64,000 nt of DNA, from NCBI GenBank assembly GCA_963716725.1, contig CAVQUB010000021.1:192001-256000 (forward strand), given 5' to 3'. Below, one piece after another: positions 1 through 10,433 of this stretch (its first letter is position 1; each line of letters opens with the position of its first letter). Position numbers and translations under genes: made by a program. Source of the stretch: an uncultured delta proteobacterium (GTDB lineage: Bacteria > Myxococcota_A > Polyangia > Polyangiales > Polyangiaceae). Below the pieces are notes generated by a model. The model made no database searches, had not been told where the DNA came from, and worked only from the letters and a program-made list of their open reading frames with translations.

Positions 1-520
1 CGAACGCGATCAGGACCGAGACGCCCTTCTCACCGATCAGATCGGCGAGTTGAACGAACACCGGCCACGGCGAGATCAAGCCTGCGGGGGTCCAAGCGAT
101 CACGAACACGAAGCTGATGGCGACCAGGGTGCCGAGTCCAAAGCCGACGCGGGGGTCGAGCCCGGTTCGTTTCTCCAGGGCGCGCGCGGCCCCCAGGCCG
201 ATGGCCCAGGTCCCGGACTGGATGATGCAGAGCAAGACCAGCGCCAACACCCCTACGGCGAGCCCCAGGTTGGTGAATCGCACGATCACGCTCGGCACGA
301 AGCGCAGCCCGACCAGCCCGGCGCTGGTCGACCAGATCACGGCCATCAGCATCGCGGCGCGGATCCGCACCACCGCCTGGGTCGACACGTACAAGAGCCC
401 GAGGCCGATCAGAACCGCGGGATAGAAGTCGGTCGGTGGCGATGAGAGGGCGAAGACCACGCCGCCCAGCGCCGCGGTGATTGGTGCGCGCCAGTTCCGA
501 TCGCGCGGCGCTCGGCTCAT
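1..520 (-). CDS. lnt: Apolipoprotein N-acyltransferase, N-terminal part (runs off window start)
   Basis: Manual translation from ATG at 520: MSRAPRDRNWRAPITAALGGVVFALSSPPTDFYPAVLIGL...AWTPAGLISPWPVFVQLADLIGEKGVSVLIAF. Multi-TM protein with the Lnt-like QLADxxGxxGVS motif. Confidence 0.7.
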   Translation of the reverse strand, partial: MSRAPRDRNWRAPITAALGGVVFALSSPPTDFYPAVLIGLGLLYVSTQAVVRIRAAMLMAVIWSTSAGLVGLRFVPSVIVRFTNLGLAVGVLALVLLCIIQSGTWAIGLGAARALEKRTGLDPRVGFGLGTLVAISFVFVIAWTPAGLISPWPVFVQLADLIGEKGVSVLIAF

Positions 521-559
521 TCCGTCACGGGCAAACACGCTGGGGAAAGCGCGCGTTCC

Positions 560-1345
560 TCACCAGTAAAAGGTGATCCCGCCGCGCATCAGCCCGCCAC
601 CCGAGCTGTTGGTGGTGCGACCGGTCTTCGGATCGGTGAACTCCGGATACAGTTGAGCCTCGTCGTCAGTGCGCCCCCGCACGAACCCCACCAGATCCAC
701 GTTCAGCGAGATCCGCCGGGTGACGCGGAACTCGAGGCCCGCGCCGAGCTGCCCACCGAAGTAGGAGTAGTGGCGCTCGTCGGCATCGATGGGGTCGCCG
801 TTCTGATCGCGGGGTCTCACACTGGCACCGCTGAAGCCAAAGCCGCCGAGCATGTAGAACTGGACGGCGTCGCGCGGATTGACGAACACCAGCGCGTTCA
901 ACATGAGCGCCGTCTCACGCCGGGCGTTGCCCTGCCAGTCGACACCACCGAAGAAGTCGACCCCGGTCTCGAAAGCGAAGTGCGGGATGGGACGGTAGCG
1001 AAACCCAAATCCGAGGCCGGCCATGCCGGAGTCGTCATGGCGGTTCTCGCTGCCACCCATCAAGGCGCCCTGCAGATGGAGATTCACTCCCCACTTGCGC
1101 GTCCAGCGCCGCTTCTTGCGCGGCGGGGGCTGCCGATGTGGCGGCGGCTCGTAGACCACCACCGGCGGTCGGTACTCCCGGTGCGCCGGCGGCTCCTCGT
1201 AGGTCTCGTCGTCCGGTAGGGCTGTGGGCTCCGTCGGCTCGCAGAACCACCCGCCCGGTGGGCAGTTCGGATCGTCTTGGGCCGCCGCGAGCGCGGGGGT
1301 GAGAAGCAGAGCGCTGATCAGCGCGGAAGCGGTGGCGGTTCGCAT
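560..1345 (-). CDS. Outer-membrane beta-barrel protein with signal peptide and Pro-rich linker
   Basis: Signal peptide MRTATASALISALLLTPALAAA, amphipathic beta strands, terminal GITFYW, AGGAG RBS upstream. Confidence 0.8.
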   Translation of the reverse strand: MRTATASALISALLLTPALAAAQDDPNCPPGGWFCEPTEPTALPDDETYEEPPAHREYRPPVVVYEPPPHRQPPPRKKRRWTRKWGVNLHLQGALMGGSENRHDDSGMAGLGFGFRYRPIPHFAFETGVDFFGGVDWQGNARRETALMLNALVFVNPRDAVQFYMLGGFGFSGASVRPRDQNGDPIDADERHYSYFGGQLGAGLEFRVTRRISLNVDLVGFVRGRTDDEAQLYPEFTDPKTGRTTNSSGGGLMRGGITFYW

Positions 1346-1378
1346 GAAGGCTCCTGAGAGCGAACGAGGAGAGAGGGT

Positions 1379-1394
1379 AGCAACCCCAGTGCCA
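1379..1394 (-). promoter_or_regulatory. sigma54 (-24/-12) promoter of the beta-barrel gene
   Basis: Minus strand TGGCAC-TGGGG-TTGCT is an exact match to TGGCAC-N5-TTGCW. Confidence 0.75.
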
Positions 1395-1478
1395 GTTGCC
1401 AGAGCCTCGGATCCGCGAGGATTGCACGAATTCGTGGAGAGGCGTTTACACCAGCGTTGCACGCTGAATACTGCGCCC

Positions 1479-2669
1479 GTGGCACAAGTCACCCTCAAGG
1501 CAGGGCACATTCAGCCGGTCTGGGCCGGGCACCCCTGGGTCTACGCTCAGGCCGTCGAGCGGGTCGCCGGCGGGGCCATGCCCGGCGACGAGGTCGAGGT
1601 CATCGACAGCCGGGGCAACGTGCTCGGACGCGGACTCTACTCGCCCACCTCGGCCATCCCCGTTCGCATTTACACGCGCGATGGCAGCGCGCGCATCGAC
1701 CGGGCGTTGTTCGAGAAGCGCATCGACGCCGCGCTGGAGCGACGTGCGGCGCTGGGACTGCCCGCGGAAGGCACCAACGCCTACCGTGTCGTGCACGCCG
1801 AAGGTGACGATCTGCCGGGGCTGATCGTCGATCGCTACGCCGACACGCTGGTCGTGCAACTGGCCACCGTGGGCATCAAGCGTCGTGAGCAGTCCATCTT
1901 GGACACGCTCATCGAAAAGCTCGAGCCGCGCAGCATCGTCGATCGCACCTCGGAGCGCTCGGCAAAACTCGAAGGCTTCGTTCCTGGCCACGGCGTCGTG
2001 TGGGGGGACAAGACGCTGGCGGAGCTCTCCTTCGTCGAGCGCGGGCTCCGCTTCGTGATCCCCCTCGAGCTGGGTCAGAAGACTGGCTTCTACCTCGACC
2101 AGCGCCCGTTGCGCGAGCGGATCGAAGCGCTGGCTCGCGGACGTCGCGTCCTCGACACCTTCACCTACGTGGGCTCGATCGCCATGGCGGCGGCTCGCGG
2201 CGGCGCGACCTCGGTGCACGCCGTGGACGCTAGTGCCCTCGCGCTCGAGGTGGCCGCAGAGTGCGCTCGTGCCAATGGACTCGCGGGTCGCATCGAGTTC
2301 GAACGCGCCGACGCCCACGACGTGCTCACCGCCGCCGGGCGGAAGGGTGGCTACGATCTGGTCGTATGTGATCCCCCAAAACTGGCGCCGACCCGTGCCG
2401 CGAAGAAACGCGCCTTGTCGTCCATGCGCCGGCTGGCGGCGGCTGGCGCCCGGGCCACGCGCCCGGGTGGCCTGTTGGTCCTCTGTTCCTGCTCCGCGGC
2501 CATCGGCCTCGACGAGCTCACGCGCGCCGCGGCCCTCGGCGGACGCGACGTGGGCCTGCGTCCGACCGTGCTGGAGCGCTGGTTCCAGGGTGCTGACCAC
2601 CCGGTGCCGGCTGCGTTTCCCGAAGGGTTGTACTTGAGCTCGTTGATCCTCGAGGTGCAGCCGCTGTGA
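1479..2669 (+). CDS. rlmI: Class I SAM-dependent rRNA methyltransferase (RlmI/YccW-like)
   Basis: PUA-domain GHPWVY, EGDDLPGLIVDRY, GQKTGFYLDQR, DPP motif, C-terminal DHPVPAAFPEGLYL. Confidence 0.85.
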   Translation: MAQVTLKAGHIQPVWAGHPWVYAQAVERVAGGAMPGDEVEVIDSRGNVLGRGLYSPTSAIPVRIYTRDGSARIDRALFEKRIDAALERRAALGLPAEGTNAYRVVHAEGDDLPGLIVDRYADTLVVQLATVGIKRREQSILDTLIEKLEPRSIVDRTSERSAKLEGFVPGHGVVWGDKTLAELSFVERGLRFVIPLELGQKTGFYLDQRPLRERIEALARGRRVLDTFTYVGSIAMAAARGGATSVHAVDASALALEVAAECARANGLAGRIEFERADAHDVLTAAGRKGGYDLVVCDPPKLAPTRAAKKRALSSMRRLAAAGARATRPGGLLVLCSCSAAIGLDELTRAAALGGRDVGLRPTVLERWFQGADHPVPAAFPEGLYLSSLILEVQPL

Positions 2670-2699
2670 GCTGCACCCGGGCATGGCCAGCTACTCCGG

Positions 2700-2881
2700 C
2701 CAGTGCCACGGGCGTCGACGACCTGTGAGTGAAGCTCGGCGGTGCGTCCCGGGAGTGCGCCGCGGCCTGCACCGACGACAGCGGCTGCCCCACGGGCTAC
2801 AAGTGCCGGAGCGTCGCCGCTCAGGGCAGCGGAATCATCAGCGATCGACAGTGCGTCGCGACGACTGCGCTCTGCCAGTAG
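2700..2881 (+). pseudogene. Remnant C-terminus of a Cys-rich secreted protein
   Basis: Reads TGVDDL*VKLGGASRECAAACTDDSGCPTGYKCRSVAAQGSGIISDRQCVATTALCQ*. In-frame TGA at 2726-2728, no start codon or signal peptide. Confidence 0.5.
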
Positions 2882-2972
2882 TCCCACCCTCCCCCACACC
2901 ACCCCCTTGGTGCACGTGCATCCACGCGTCGCCCTGGACGCGCGCCGCAGGCGCTGCAAGGATTGTCCGGTC

Positions 2973-4972
2973 ATGACTCCCCCGAATTCTTCTCGTTGGT
3001 CGACCCTGCTCCGTCCCCTGCTGTTCAGCATCTTTGCTGCGCTGTTTGCCGTGGTCGGTTGCGGCGACTCGGCCTCCTCGGAGTCGAACGACGACTGGGA
3101 GACCTTTGGCATCCCGGGACCCTTCGACCTCGAAGGCCCCACCGGCAAGGCGGATGGCGCCGGCATCCCGAGCATCGGGACCGACTGGGACAACTCGGAG
3201 ACGCAGGTTTGGGCGGTCACGAGCCAGTGGGAGGACCGCGACACCGCCAACGCGAAGAAGGCCGGCGTCGCTTGGGGCGCGAACAGCGGCTTGAACTGGG
3301 ACGAGAAGTACGTCGCCTGGGTCAAGGCCATGAAGCAAGATCCCGGCGAAGAGCTACGGCAACACCTTCGAGCTCACGACGCCGTGGGGCAAGACCTTGC
3401 CCGCGCCGAGCCTCGAGTGCGCCGAGGTCGCGATGTTCGCGCGCATCACCTTCGCCTCTTGGTACGGCCTGCCTTTCTACATGACGACGACGGACACCGA
3501 GGGCATTCGCGTGTACTTCGGTCACTTCGGCGCGCGGACGGCGACCGGCAAGTACAAGAACACGCCTTCGTACAAGTCCGCGTACAAGGACCACTCGGCC
3601 ATGAACGCCGGCGGAGTACCAGGCAAACTGGCCCCGCGACACCAAGCTGCGCGACAAGAAGCTCTGGGGCGGCACCGACGCCTCGGACATCATCGCCCCG
3701 GGAGGCACCAGCGGGCTCTACTTCGACGAGATCTTCCTGAACAAGCGCGTCGGACACTTCACGCTGCTGCTGCTCGGGTACTTCGGCTCGGCGAACCTGG
3801 CGAACTCCCGCAACACCTACAACCTGAAGCCCGAATCGCTGCGCGAGGGCGACGTGCTGGTAGAGCGCTGGCAAGCGCAGGGCATCGGTCACACGCTCCT
3901 GGTCAAGTCCGTGACCGCGATCGAGGGCAACCGGCTGGACGCCCAGCTCGCGTCGGGTTCGATGCCGCGCCGTCAACCCAAGTGGGAGGACGCCGTCGCG
4001 TCGAAGCAGACCTTCACCAACGAGTACACCGGCGGGGTGGAATACGTGCAGTTCGGCGGCGGATTGAAGCGTTGGCGCGTGGCGAAGGTCATCGGCGGCA
4101 AGTGGACCAACTCGTGGATGAAGGCGGACGAGGCCTCCTGGATCAACGACACCGACCACGCGAAGCTGAAGGTCCGCCCGCAGCAGTTCGAGAACCTGCT
4201 GGGCGAGGTCCCGCCGGAGCAGATGCGTGACGCTTACGTCGCCATCATCAATGACGCCCGGACCCACCTCTCGAACTACCCGGCCTCGTGCTCGGCCCGG
4301 GAGAAGCGTGAGAACGCCTTCCGCGAGCTGTACGACCTGAACCAGAGCGAGTTCGGTATCGCGCCGGCGCAGACGGACGCTCAGTACCGCAAGATCGAGG
4401 ACTACGCGTTCGCCGAGTTGGTCTACGACAAGAGCAAGACCTGCTGCTGGAACAGCACGACTGCGGCCATGTACGCGATCATCATGGACTACCAGAAGAG
4501 CCTGCAGGCCAATGCCTGCACGCCTCCGGTGGTGTTCAAGTCTTCGGGCGGAGGCAAGTACCAGGTGTTCGCAGATTTCGCCGCCGCCACCGGGCGGGCA
4601 GGCGACTGGAAGGCTTGGAGCGAGGACGAGCCCTGCGCCCAGAAGAACGTGGACGCCGACACCACGAGCAACCACGGTGGCATTCCGTTCTGCGAGCTGA
4701 CCGGCAGCGGCGGCACCGGCGGCACCGGCGGCACCGGCGGCACCGGCGGCACCGGCGGCTCGAGTGGCGGCGGCACCGGCGGCACCGGCGGCACCGGCGG
4801 CGGCACCGGCGGCACCGGCGGCACCGGCGGCGGCACCAGCACCGGAAGCTGCGTGGGCAATTGCAACAGCTCGAACGCCGTGCCGGGCTCCAACCCCGCC
4901 TGCTACTGCGACTCGTCGTGCACGCAGTACAACGACTGCTGCGCGGACAAAGCCGCAGCCTGCGGCAGCTGA
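2973..4972 (+). CDS. Secreted lipoprotein with GKADG motif, putative Cys/His catalytic domain, Gly-rich linker and C-terminal somatomedin-B-like domain (2 frameshifts)
   Basis: Lipobox VVGC. One continuous protein if single extra bases at ~3336 and ~3610 are removed. C-terminus SCVGNC...CYCDSSCTQYNDCCAD. Confidence 0.75.
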
Positions 4973-4973
4973 A

Positions 4974-5408
4974 TCAGCCGCGCAGTTTCTTCACGGCCGC
5001 GGTCACCTCTTTGCCGGTGACCACGGCACCGACGGACTTCAGGTGCTTCATCGCGACGCCGGTGGCCTGACCGTCGTTGCCCGCGGCCTTCAGCGCTTCG
5101 ACGACCGGCGCCAGCGCCACGACGATTTCGTCGACCCCGAGCGCCGCTGGGAGCAGAGACTCGAGCACTGCGATCTCCTGTGCGAGCTGTTCTTTCTGCT
5201 CGGCGCTCTCCGAGGCCGCTAGCGTCTCTTGGTTGTTCTTCACCAGCTTGCGCACTATGGCGGCCACTTCTTCGTCGCTCATCGACTTGGCCACGCGCGC
5301 CTCCTGAGTCTGGATCTCGCCGAGCGCGACTCGGAGGATTTCCTTCTCCAGCGTGCGGCCCGCCTTCATCGCCGCGAGCACCCGCTTCTTGATTTCTTCG
5401 CTGAGCAC
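4974..5408 (-). CDS. GatB/YqeY domain protein
   Basis: EEIKKRVLAAMKAG...ILRVALGEI...EIAVLESLLP...GQATGVAMKHLK pattern, 144 aa. Confidence 0.85.
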   Translation of the reverse strand: MLSEEIKKRVLAAMKAGRTLEKEILRVALGEIQTQEARVAKSMSDEEVAAIVRKLVKNNQETLAASESAEQKEQLAQEIAVLESLLPAALGVDEIVVALAPVVEALKAAGNDGQATGVAMKHLKSVGAVVTGKEVTAAVKKLRG

Positions 5409-5490
5409 TGGGGCCTCCAGCGGCGACCATAGCCGAAGCGAGCCCTCGGCTGGACGATCCCATCGCTTCCGTGCACATTGTCGAGGACAG

Positions 5491-6264
5491 ATGAGGCGTT
5501 GGGCGGCTTTGGTGCTGGTTCTCGTTGGCTTTGGAGCCTGTGCGTCTCCTGAAGAACTGGGAGCCTCCCAGGGCGGCCCCGGCGATGTGTGCTACCCGAA
5601 CGGCACGTGCAACGCGCCATTCATTTGCGTCGCCGATCGGTGCGCTGCGGATGAAGGTGGAGTCGATGCGAGCGTCGGCGGGAGCGGCGGGAGCGGCGGG
5701 ACGGGTGCGGTCAGCGGCAGTGGCGGCGCGTCAGGAGGCACCGGCGCGTCAGGAGGCACCGGCGCGTCAGGAGGCACCGGCGCGTCAGGAGGCACCGGCG
5801 CGTCAGGAGGCACCGGCGCGTCAGGAGGCACCGGCGCGTCAGGAGGCACCGGAGGCACCGGCGCGTCAGGAGGGGCGGGCGGCAGCGGCGCGACAGGAGG
5901 CACCGGCGCGTCAGGAGGCACCGGCGGGATCTCGGGCGCGCCTCCCCCGCCAAGTAGCGCGGCGGGCTGCACCAACTGCGGCTGCTGCGATCCGTGGCCG
6001 ATCACTTGGGGCACGTCGACGGGGGCGACCCACTACAACGTGATCTGGAAGTGCTCGATCTTTCCCCAACACGTGATCAACGTGGGCAGCGTGGTCCAGG
6101 CGGATCTCTGCAGCTCGACCGTGGGCATGTGCGCCTCGAGCGAGTGCGCCAACGGAGTCGGATTGCTCCAGGTGCAAGCCTGCAACGCGAGCGGATGCTC
6201 AGGCGCCGTGCCCATTCCATCCGCGGGCGTTCCCCTCGCCTGCGGCGGCGGCTGCTGCTGTTGA
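5491..6264 (+). CDS. Gly-rich/Cys-rich lipoprotein
   Basis: Lipobox FGAC, CYPNGTCN motif, GASGGT linker, Cys-rich tail ending GGGCCC. Confidence 0.75.
   Translation: MRRWAALVLVLVGFGACASPEELGASQGGPGDVCYPNGTCNAPFICVADRCAADEGGVDASVGGSGGSGGTGAVSGSGGASGGTGASGGTGASGGTGASGGTGASGGTGASGGTGASGGTGGTGASGGAGGSGATGGTGASGGTGGISGAPPPPSSAAGCTNCGCCDPWPITWGTSTGATHYNVIWKCSIFPQHVINVGSVVQADLCSSTVGMCASSECANGVGLLQVQACNASGCSGAVPIPSAGVPLACGGGCCC
5725..5850 (+). repeat. Perfect 18-bp tandem repeat x7 (GGCGCGTCAGGAGGCACC, encoding GASGGT)
   Basis: Read directly from the sequence. Confidence 0.9.
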
Positions 6265-6270
6265 GACCCA

Positions 6271-6559
6271 ATGATGCTGCGATCTGCCATCCGCCCTCCT
6301 GTTCATGATCGTCGCTTGCTCGTCGTCCGACGACGCGGGCTGCGCGACTGACAACGACTGCAAAGGAGACCGGCTCTGCGAGAGCGACTAGTGCGTGAGC
6401 CCCTCGAGTGGAGGTGGCGGCGGTGGCGGCAGAACCTCGACGGGCGGCGCCTCGGGCTGCGCGGCTGACTGCAAGACCTCCGCCGGCACCTGCTGCTCCG
6501 GCCCCGGAGTGTGCGCGGCGGTGCCGCCCTGTCTCGGGAATCCCTGCTGCTCCGACTGA
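6271..6559 (+). pseudogene. Small Cys-rich lipoprotein with a +1 frameshift and an in-frame TAG
   Basis: MMLRSAI / ALLFMIVACSSSDDAGCATDNDCKGDRLCESD*CVSP...CLGNPCCSD*. Extra C at ~6291, TAG at 6389-6391. Confidence 0.6.
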
Positions 6560-6562
6560 TGC

Positions 6563-7997
6563 TCAGTAATTGCGGGGGCCGGTCTCAGCGTCCCACTGCA
6601 TCAACACCGCGGTGGGACGACCGTCGATGATTTGCACGACCAGGTGCGTCCGGGTCGCCGGCAGACTCGTCGACTCACCTGCATCGAGCTCTTCTTCGGC
6701 CCAGGCGCCGAGATTGACGTAAGCGGATTCCGCGCAGGTCGCGCTGAGTTCGGGCAGGTGGGTGTGTCCCATCACGATGAAGGCCGCCGGGAACACGCTG
6801 CCTACCCGCGCGGCTCGCTCGCGGAGCAGCGCGCTGGCGTCGATGTCACCGCGCGTGCGACGCCAGAGCACCGCGAGCGTGACGAGGACGACCAGCGAGA
6901 TCCCGAGCCCTACCCCCAACGCCGGCGTCCAGCGCGCCACCAGTATCCAGAGCAGTGCCACCATGCCAGCGATCGCCACCGCGACCCGATCGATCATCAC
7001 GCCCGCCAGGAGCCTGAGCACGCTCGTCGTGATGGGAGGGCGCTGGCAGCGCGGCCAGCGCCTGAAGCTTCACCAGGCTCAGCTTGCGAGCCTCGGCCAG
7101 CAGCGCCATCTTGCGCTCGTGCTCGGCACGGACCCACGCCGCAGCGTCGCCGACGTGGTCGCGCCAGATCCCCAGGAGCGCGGCGATGGCCCCAATGAAC
7201 CGGCTCCCAAGCCGCAAGATCCCCCGGGCTCCGAGCCTCGCTCCAAATCGCAGATAGTCGAACGCGTTGGCTTTGTCGTGGCCGGACTCGCGCATGCCGG
7301 CCGTCGGCCGAACGACGTAGCGCAAGAGCACATCCGAGAGCGAGCGCGCCGATTGCTTGGGGTCCGATGGCGCTACCGGGTGGAGCACGTGCTCGTAGGA
7401 GCAGAAGTCGTCGTACTGATGACCGTGCTCGACGTAGACGACCCCCTCCTCGTAGTAGAACCAGTCGGCGAACTCGACGGCGTCTTCCGATGGCGCCCCG
7501 TGGGCAGCCAAGATCTCGCGGAATGCCGCTTGCACGGGCTGCCAGTGAAAATCCACGTCGTGATTGCCGCGGACGACGACCAGCGTATTGCCCGCTGCCA
7601 CGAAGCGCGCCAGCGCCGCAAAGACGTCGCCGTGATGGGCCGCCACGCGGCGCAGCTTGGCGAGGGTGTGATCGACCGCGCCGCCGAGCCCATGGGACTG
7701 CTCGTCTTCGTTGGGTGCAGTGAGGATCTCGGCCGCGTCGGCGCTGACGCTCATCCCGACGAAATCCACCAGATCGCCGGCGATCACCAACTTCCACGGC
7801 AGCTCGCCCGCGGGCCGCTCACGATACCAATCCAAGAGCGCCGCGAGGTCCCGATCGCGTCGAGAGCTCGCGGCGCTCCGGAGCGGGGCTCCCGGGCGAC
7901 AGTGCTGAATCAGATCACTGCCCAGGTGAACGTCCGAGAGAACCAGCAGGTTGTGACGGGGCGTGGGCAAAGCTGTCCCTGGCTTAGTCTGACCCAT
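6563..7997 (-). CDS. Calcineurin-like metallophosphoesterase (LpxH-like) with C-terminal TM segments (1 frameshift at ~7046)
   Basis: SDVHLG, GDLVDF, RGNHD, EHGH and, after the shift, MGHTH and YVNLGAW. Confidence 0.8.
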
Positions 7998-8098
7998 CTT
8001 GCGGCGCTGTCACGGTCAGCACGCGCAGAACCTGCCGTCGCAGCCGGCCGGCGAGGGGCTCGTGCTCCACGGCGACGACTGCTAGGGTGCGCCGCGCC

Positions 8099-9499
8099 AT
8101 GAGTTCGCCGGGTACCCCCGAACAACCGGTCCGGGTCGCGGTCGTCGGCGCTGGGCCCGCCGGGTTCTTCGCGGCCGAGGCTTTGCTCCGATGCCTGGCG
8201 CCAGTCTTCGCCGTGGACCTGTTCGAGCGGCTGCCCACGCCCTTCGGCCTGGTTCGCTCCGGCGTGGCCCCGGACCACCAGAAGATCAAGGGCGTCACCA
8301 AGACCTTCGAGCGAACCGCGGAGAACCACCGCTTCCGATTCTTCGGCAACGTCGAGATCGGCAAGGATTTCTCGGCGCAGGAGCTCAGCGCGAGCTACCA
8401 CCAAGTGGTCTACGCCGTTGGCAGCAGCAGCGACCGCCGGCTGGGCATCCCCGGCGAGGAGCTCGACGGCTCCTACTCTGCGACGGCGTTTGTCGGTTGG
8501 TACAACGCGCACCCCGACTTCCGAGACTTTCCCTTCGACCTCCGGTCCGAGCGCGCCGTGGTGGTGGGGGTCGGCAACGTGGCGATGGACGTCGCGCGCG
8601 TGTTGCTCAAGTCGCCCGAGCAACTCGCAAAAACCGACATTGCACGACACGCGCTGGAGGCGCTCCGCGCGAGTCGGCTGCGCGAGATCGTGTTGCTCGC
8701 GCGCCGCGGCCCGGCCCAGGCCGCCTTCGATCCCCGAGAGCTGCAAGACGTCGCGGAGATGGCCGACGTCAGCGTCTCAGTGGACTTGGCAGCCGTCGAA
8801 GCCGACTTGGCCGGGCACGACGAGCTCGACGCGCGGCAGAAGAGGAACCTCGAGCTGATGCTCGAATGCGCTCGCTCCACTCCGTCGGAAGGAGCTCGCA
8901 CGCTGCGCCTCGAGTTCAACGCTTCGCCCGTCGAGCTGCTCGCGGACGCTTCACGTCACATCCGAGCAGTGCGTGCGGAGCGGACCGCCTCCGTCGCTCA
9001 GCCGAACGGCCGCCGGACCGCCAAGGGAACTGGACACTTCTTCGAGATCGACGCCGGCATCGTCTTTCGGTCCATCGGTTACCGGGGGGAACCGCTGCCG
9101 GGCCTGCCCTTCGACGAGGGAGGCGGCGTGATCCCCAACGTGGACGGGCGCATCACAGGGGGTCCCGAAGCCGACGTGCTGCCCGGCCTGTACGCGGTCG
9201 GTTGGATCCGCCGCGGCCCCTACGGAGTGATCGGGACGAACAAGGCCGACGCCCACCTGGTGGTCTCTCGCATGCTGGAAGACGTGCCCGGGTTGCCCGA
9301 ACGCGAGCTGCCGCCTGGCGATCGCCTGGAGGCCTTGCTCGAGCAACGCGGCGTACGCGCTACCAGCTACCAAGACTGGCGGATCATCGACACGGCCGAG
9401 CTGGAGCAAGGCAAGGCGACCGGGAAGATCCGCGAGAAGGTCGCGAGCGTGGAACAAATGATGAACGAGCTGCTCAAGACTGCGCGGCCGCAGGAGTAG
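8099..9499 (+). CDS. NADPH:ferredoxin (adrenodoxin-type/FprA-like) reductase
   Basis: GAGPAG, PFGLVRSGVAPDH, FVGWYN, GVGNVAMDVAR, GWIRRGPYGVIGTN. Confidence 0.9.
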   Translation: MSSPGTPEQPVRVAVVGAGPAGFFAAEALLRCLAPVFAVDLFERLPTPFGLVRSGVAPDHQKIKGVTKTFERTAENHRFRFFGNVEIGKDFSAQELSASYHQVVYAVGSSSDRRLGIPGEELDGSYSATAFVGWYNAHPDFRDFPFDLRSERAVVVGVGNVAMDVARVLLKSPEQLAKTDIARHALEALRASRLREIVLLARRGPAQAAFDPRELQDVAEMADVSVSVDLAAVEADLAGHDELDARQKRNLELMLECARSTPSEGARTLRLEFNASPVELLADASRHIRAVRAERTASVAQPNGRRTAKGTGHFFEIDAGIVFRSIGYRGEPLPGLPFDEGGGVIPNVDGRITGGPEADVLPGLYAVGWIRRGPYGVIGTNKADAHLVVSRMLEDVPGLPERELPPGDRLEALLEQRGVRATSYQDWRIIDTAELEQGKATGKIREKVASVEQMMNELLKTARPQE

Positions 9500-9503
9500 G
9501 CGT

Positions 9504-10214
9504 TCAGCGGCGAAACAGCGCCCGTTCCAGCTCCTCTGCCGCGGTGACCACCTCCGCCTGGCTGATCTCCAGCGCTTTGGCGGCTTTGGTATCCGTCACG
9601 GCGCCCTCTTCCAACAGCAGCGCGCCGTAGTTTCGCGCCAGCTCGCTGACCGAGTGCAGCGCCTGTTTGACGTCGATGGCCACGCGCACGTCGTTGACGG
9701 CCCGCTCGAGCAAACGAAGCATGCGACTGGCGCGGAACTCTCCGTCCTTCGGATCCCGTCGGGCAGGCGCCCGGCGCTTGGCTCGAGTCTTGACGCCGAA
9801 GCCCTCGGCACCAGGCCGAGTGCGAAGCTTCTCCAACAAATCCTCGCTCCGCTCCAAGGGGTAGGCGTTCCACAGGACCAACCCGTCCCCCGCGCGCTCG
9901 AGCAAGAACACCAAGATCGAGACCTGCAACCCGCCCTCCACCTCGATGTCCCCGGGATGATCGATGCGAAAGGTCGTGCGGCACCGCGCCAGGCGCGCGC
10001 TCAAGTCAGCGTCGGGCTCCAAGCCCGATTTCGCGTAGGCCGCCCGAACGTCGTCCTCGCTCGGGACCGGGCCGCCGGAGCCCATTTCGCCCCAATCGTC
10101 CTCGCAGTCGGGGTGTTCGTCGAGGTACTTCTCGACGGCGCCAATGCACGCCTGCTCGAGCTCGTGGAGTTCCCGGGGTTCCAGGGTGCACAGAATCAAA
10201 TGGATCGCGCTCAT
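9504..10214 (-). CDS. Hypothetical protein
   Basis: 236-aa ORF with coding-like codon bias that fills the gap between neighbours. Confidence 0.7.
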   Translation of the reverse strand: MSAIHLILCTLEPRELHELEQACIGAVEKYLDEHPDCEDDWGEMGSGGPVPSEDDVRAAYAKSGLEPDADLSARLARCRTTFRIDHPGDIEVEGGLQVSILVFLLERAGDGLVLWNAYPLERSEDLLEKLRTRPGAEGFGVKTRAKRRAPARRDPKDGEFRASRMLRLLERAVNDVRVAIDVKQALHSVSELARNYGALLLEEGAVTDTKAAKALEISQAEVVTAAEELERALFRR

Positions 10215-10433
10215 GCCGACTGTCTACAATACGCGGTTCGCCTCGCCAGATGAAGCTCATTGGTCACGACTCGCCCGTGGTGGTGGTGTTCACGGCGCGG
10301 GACCGGGCCAGGGCAGTGGCGCTGCTGGCGCAGGTTGCCACCAGCGCCTCTCCCCCTTGAATCCCCCGCGCGCCTCTGCTGGGGTCTCAGCATGCGACGT
10401 CCGGTTGCGCAGCAGCACGACAAGAGGCCCAAC

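Noticed and set aside
5940..6264. Cys-rich peptides as RiPP precursors
   Set aside because: They carry lipoprotein signals, and no radical SAM, YcaO or lanthionine enzymes or transporters are nearby.
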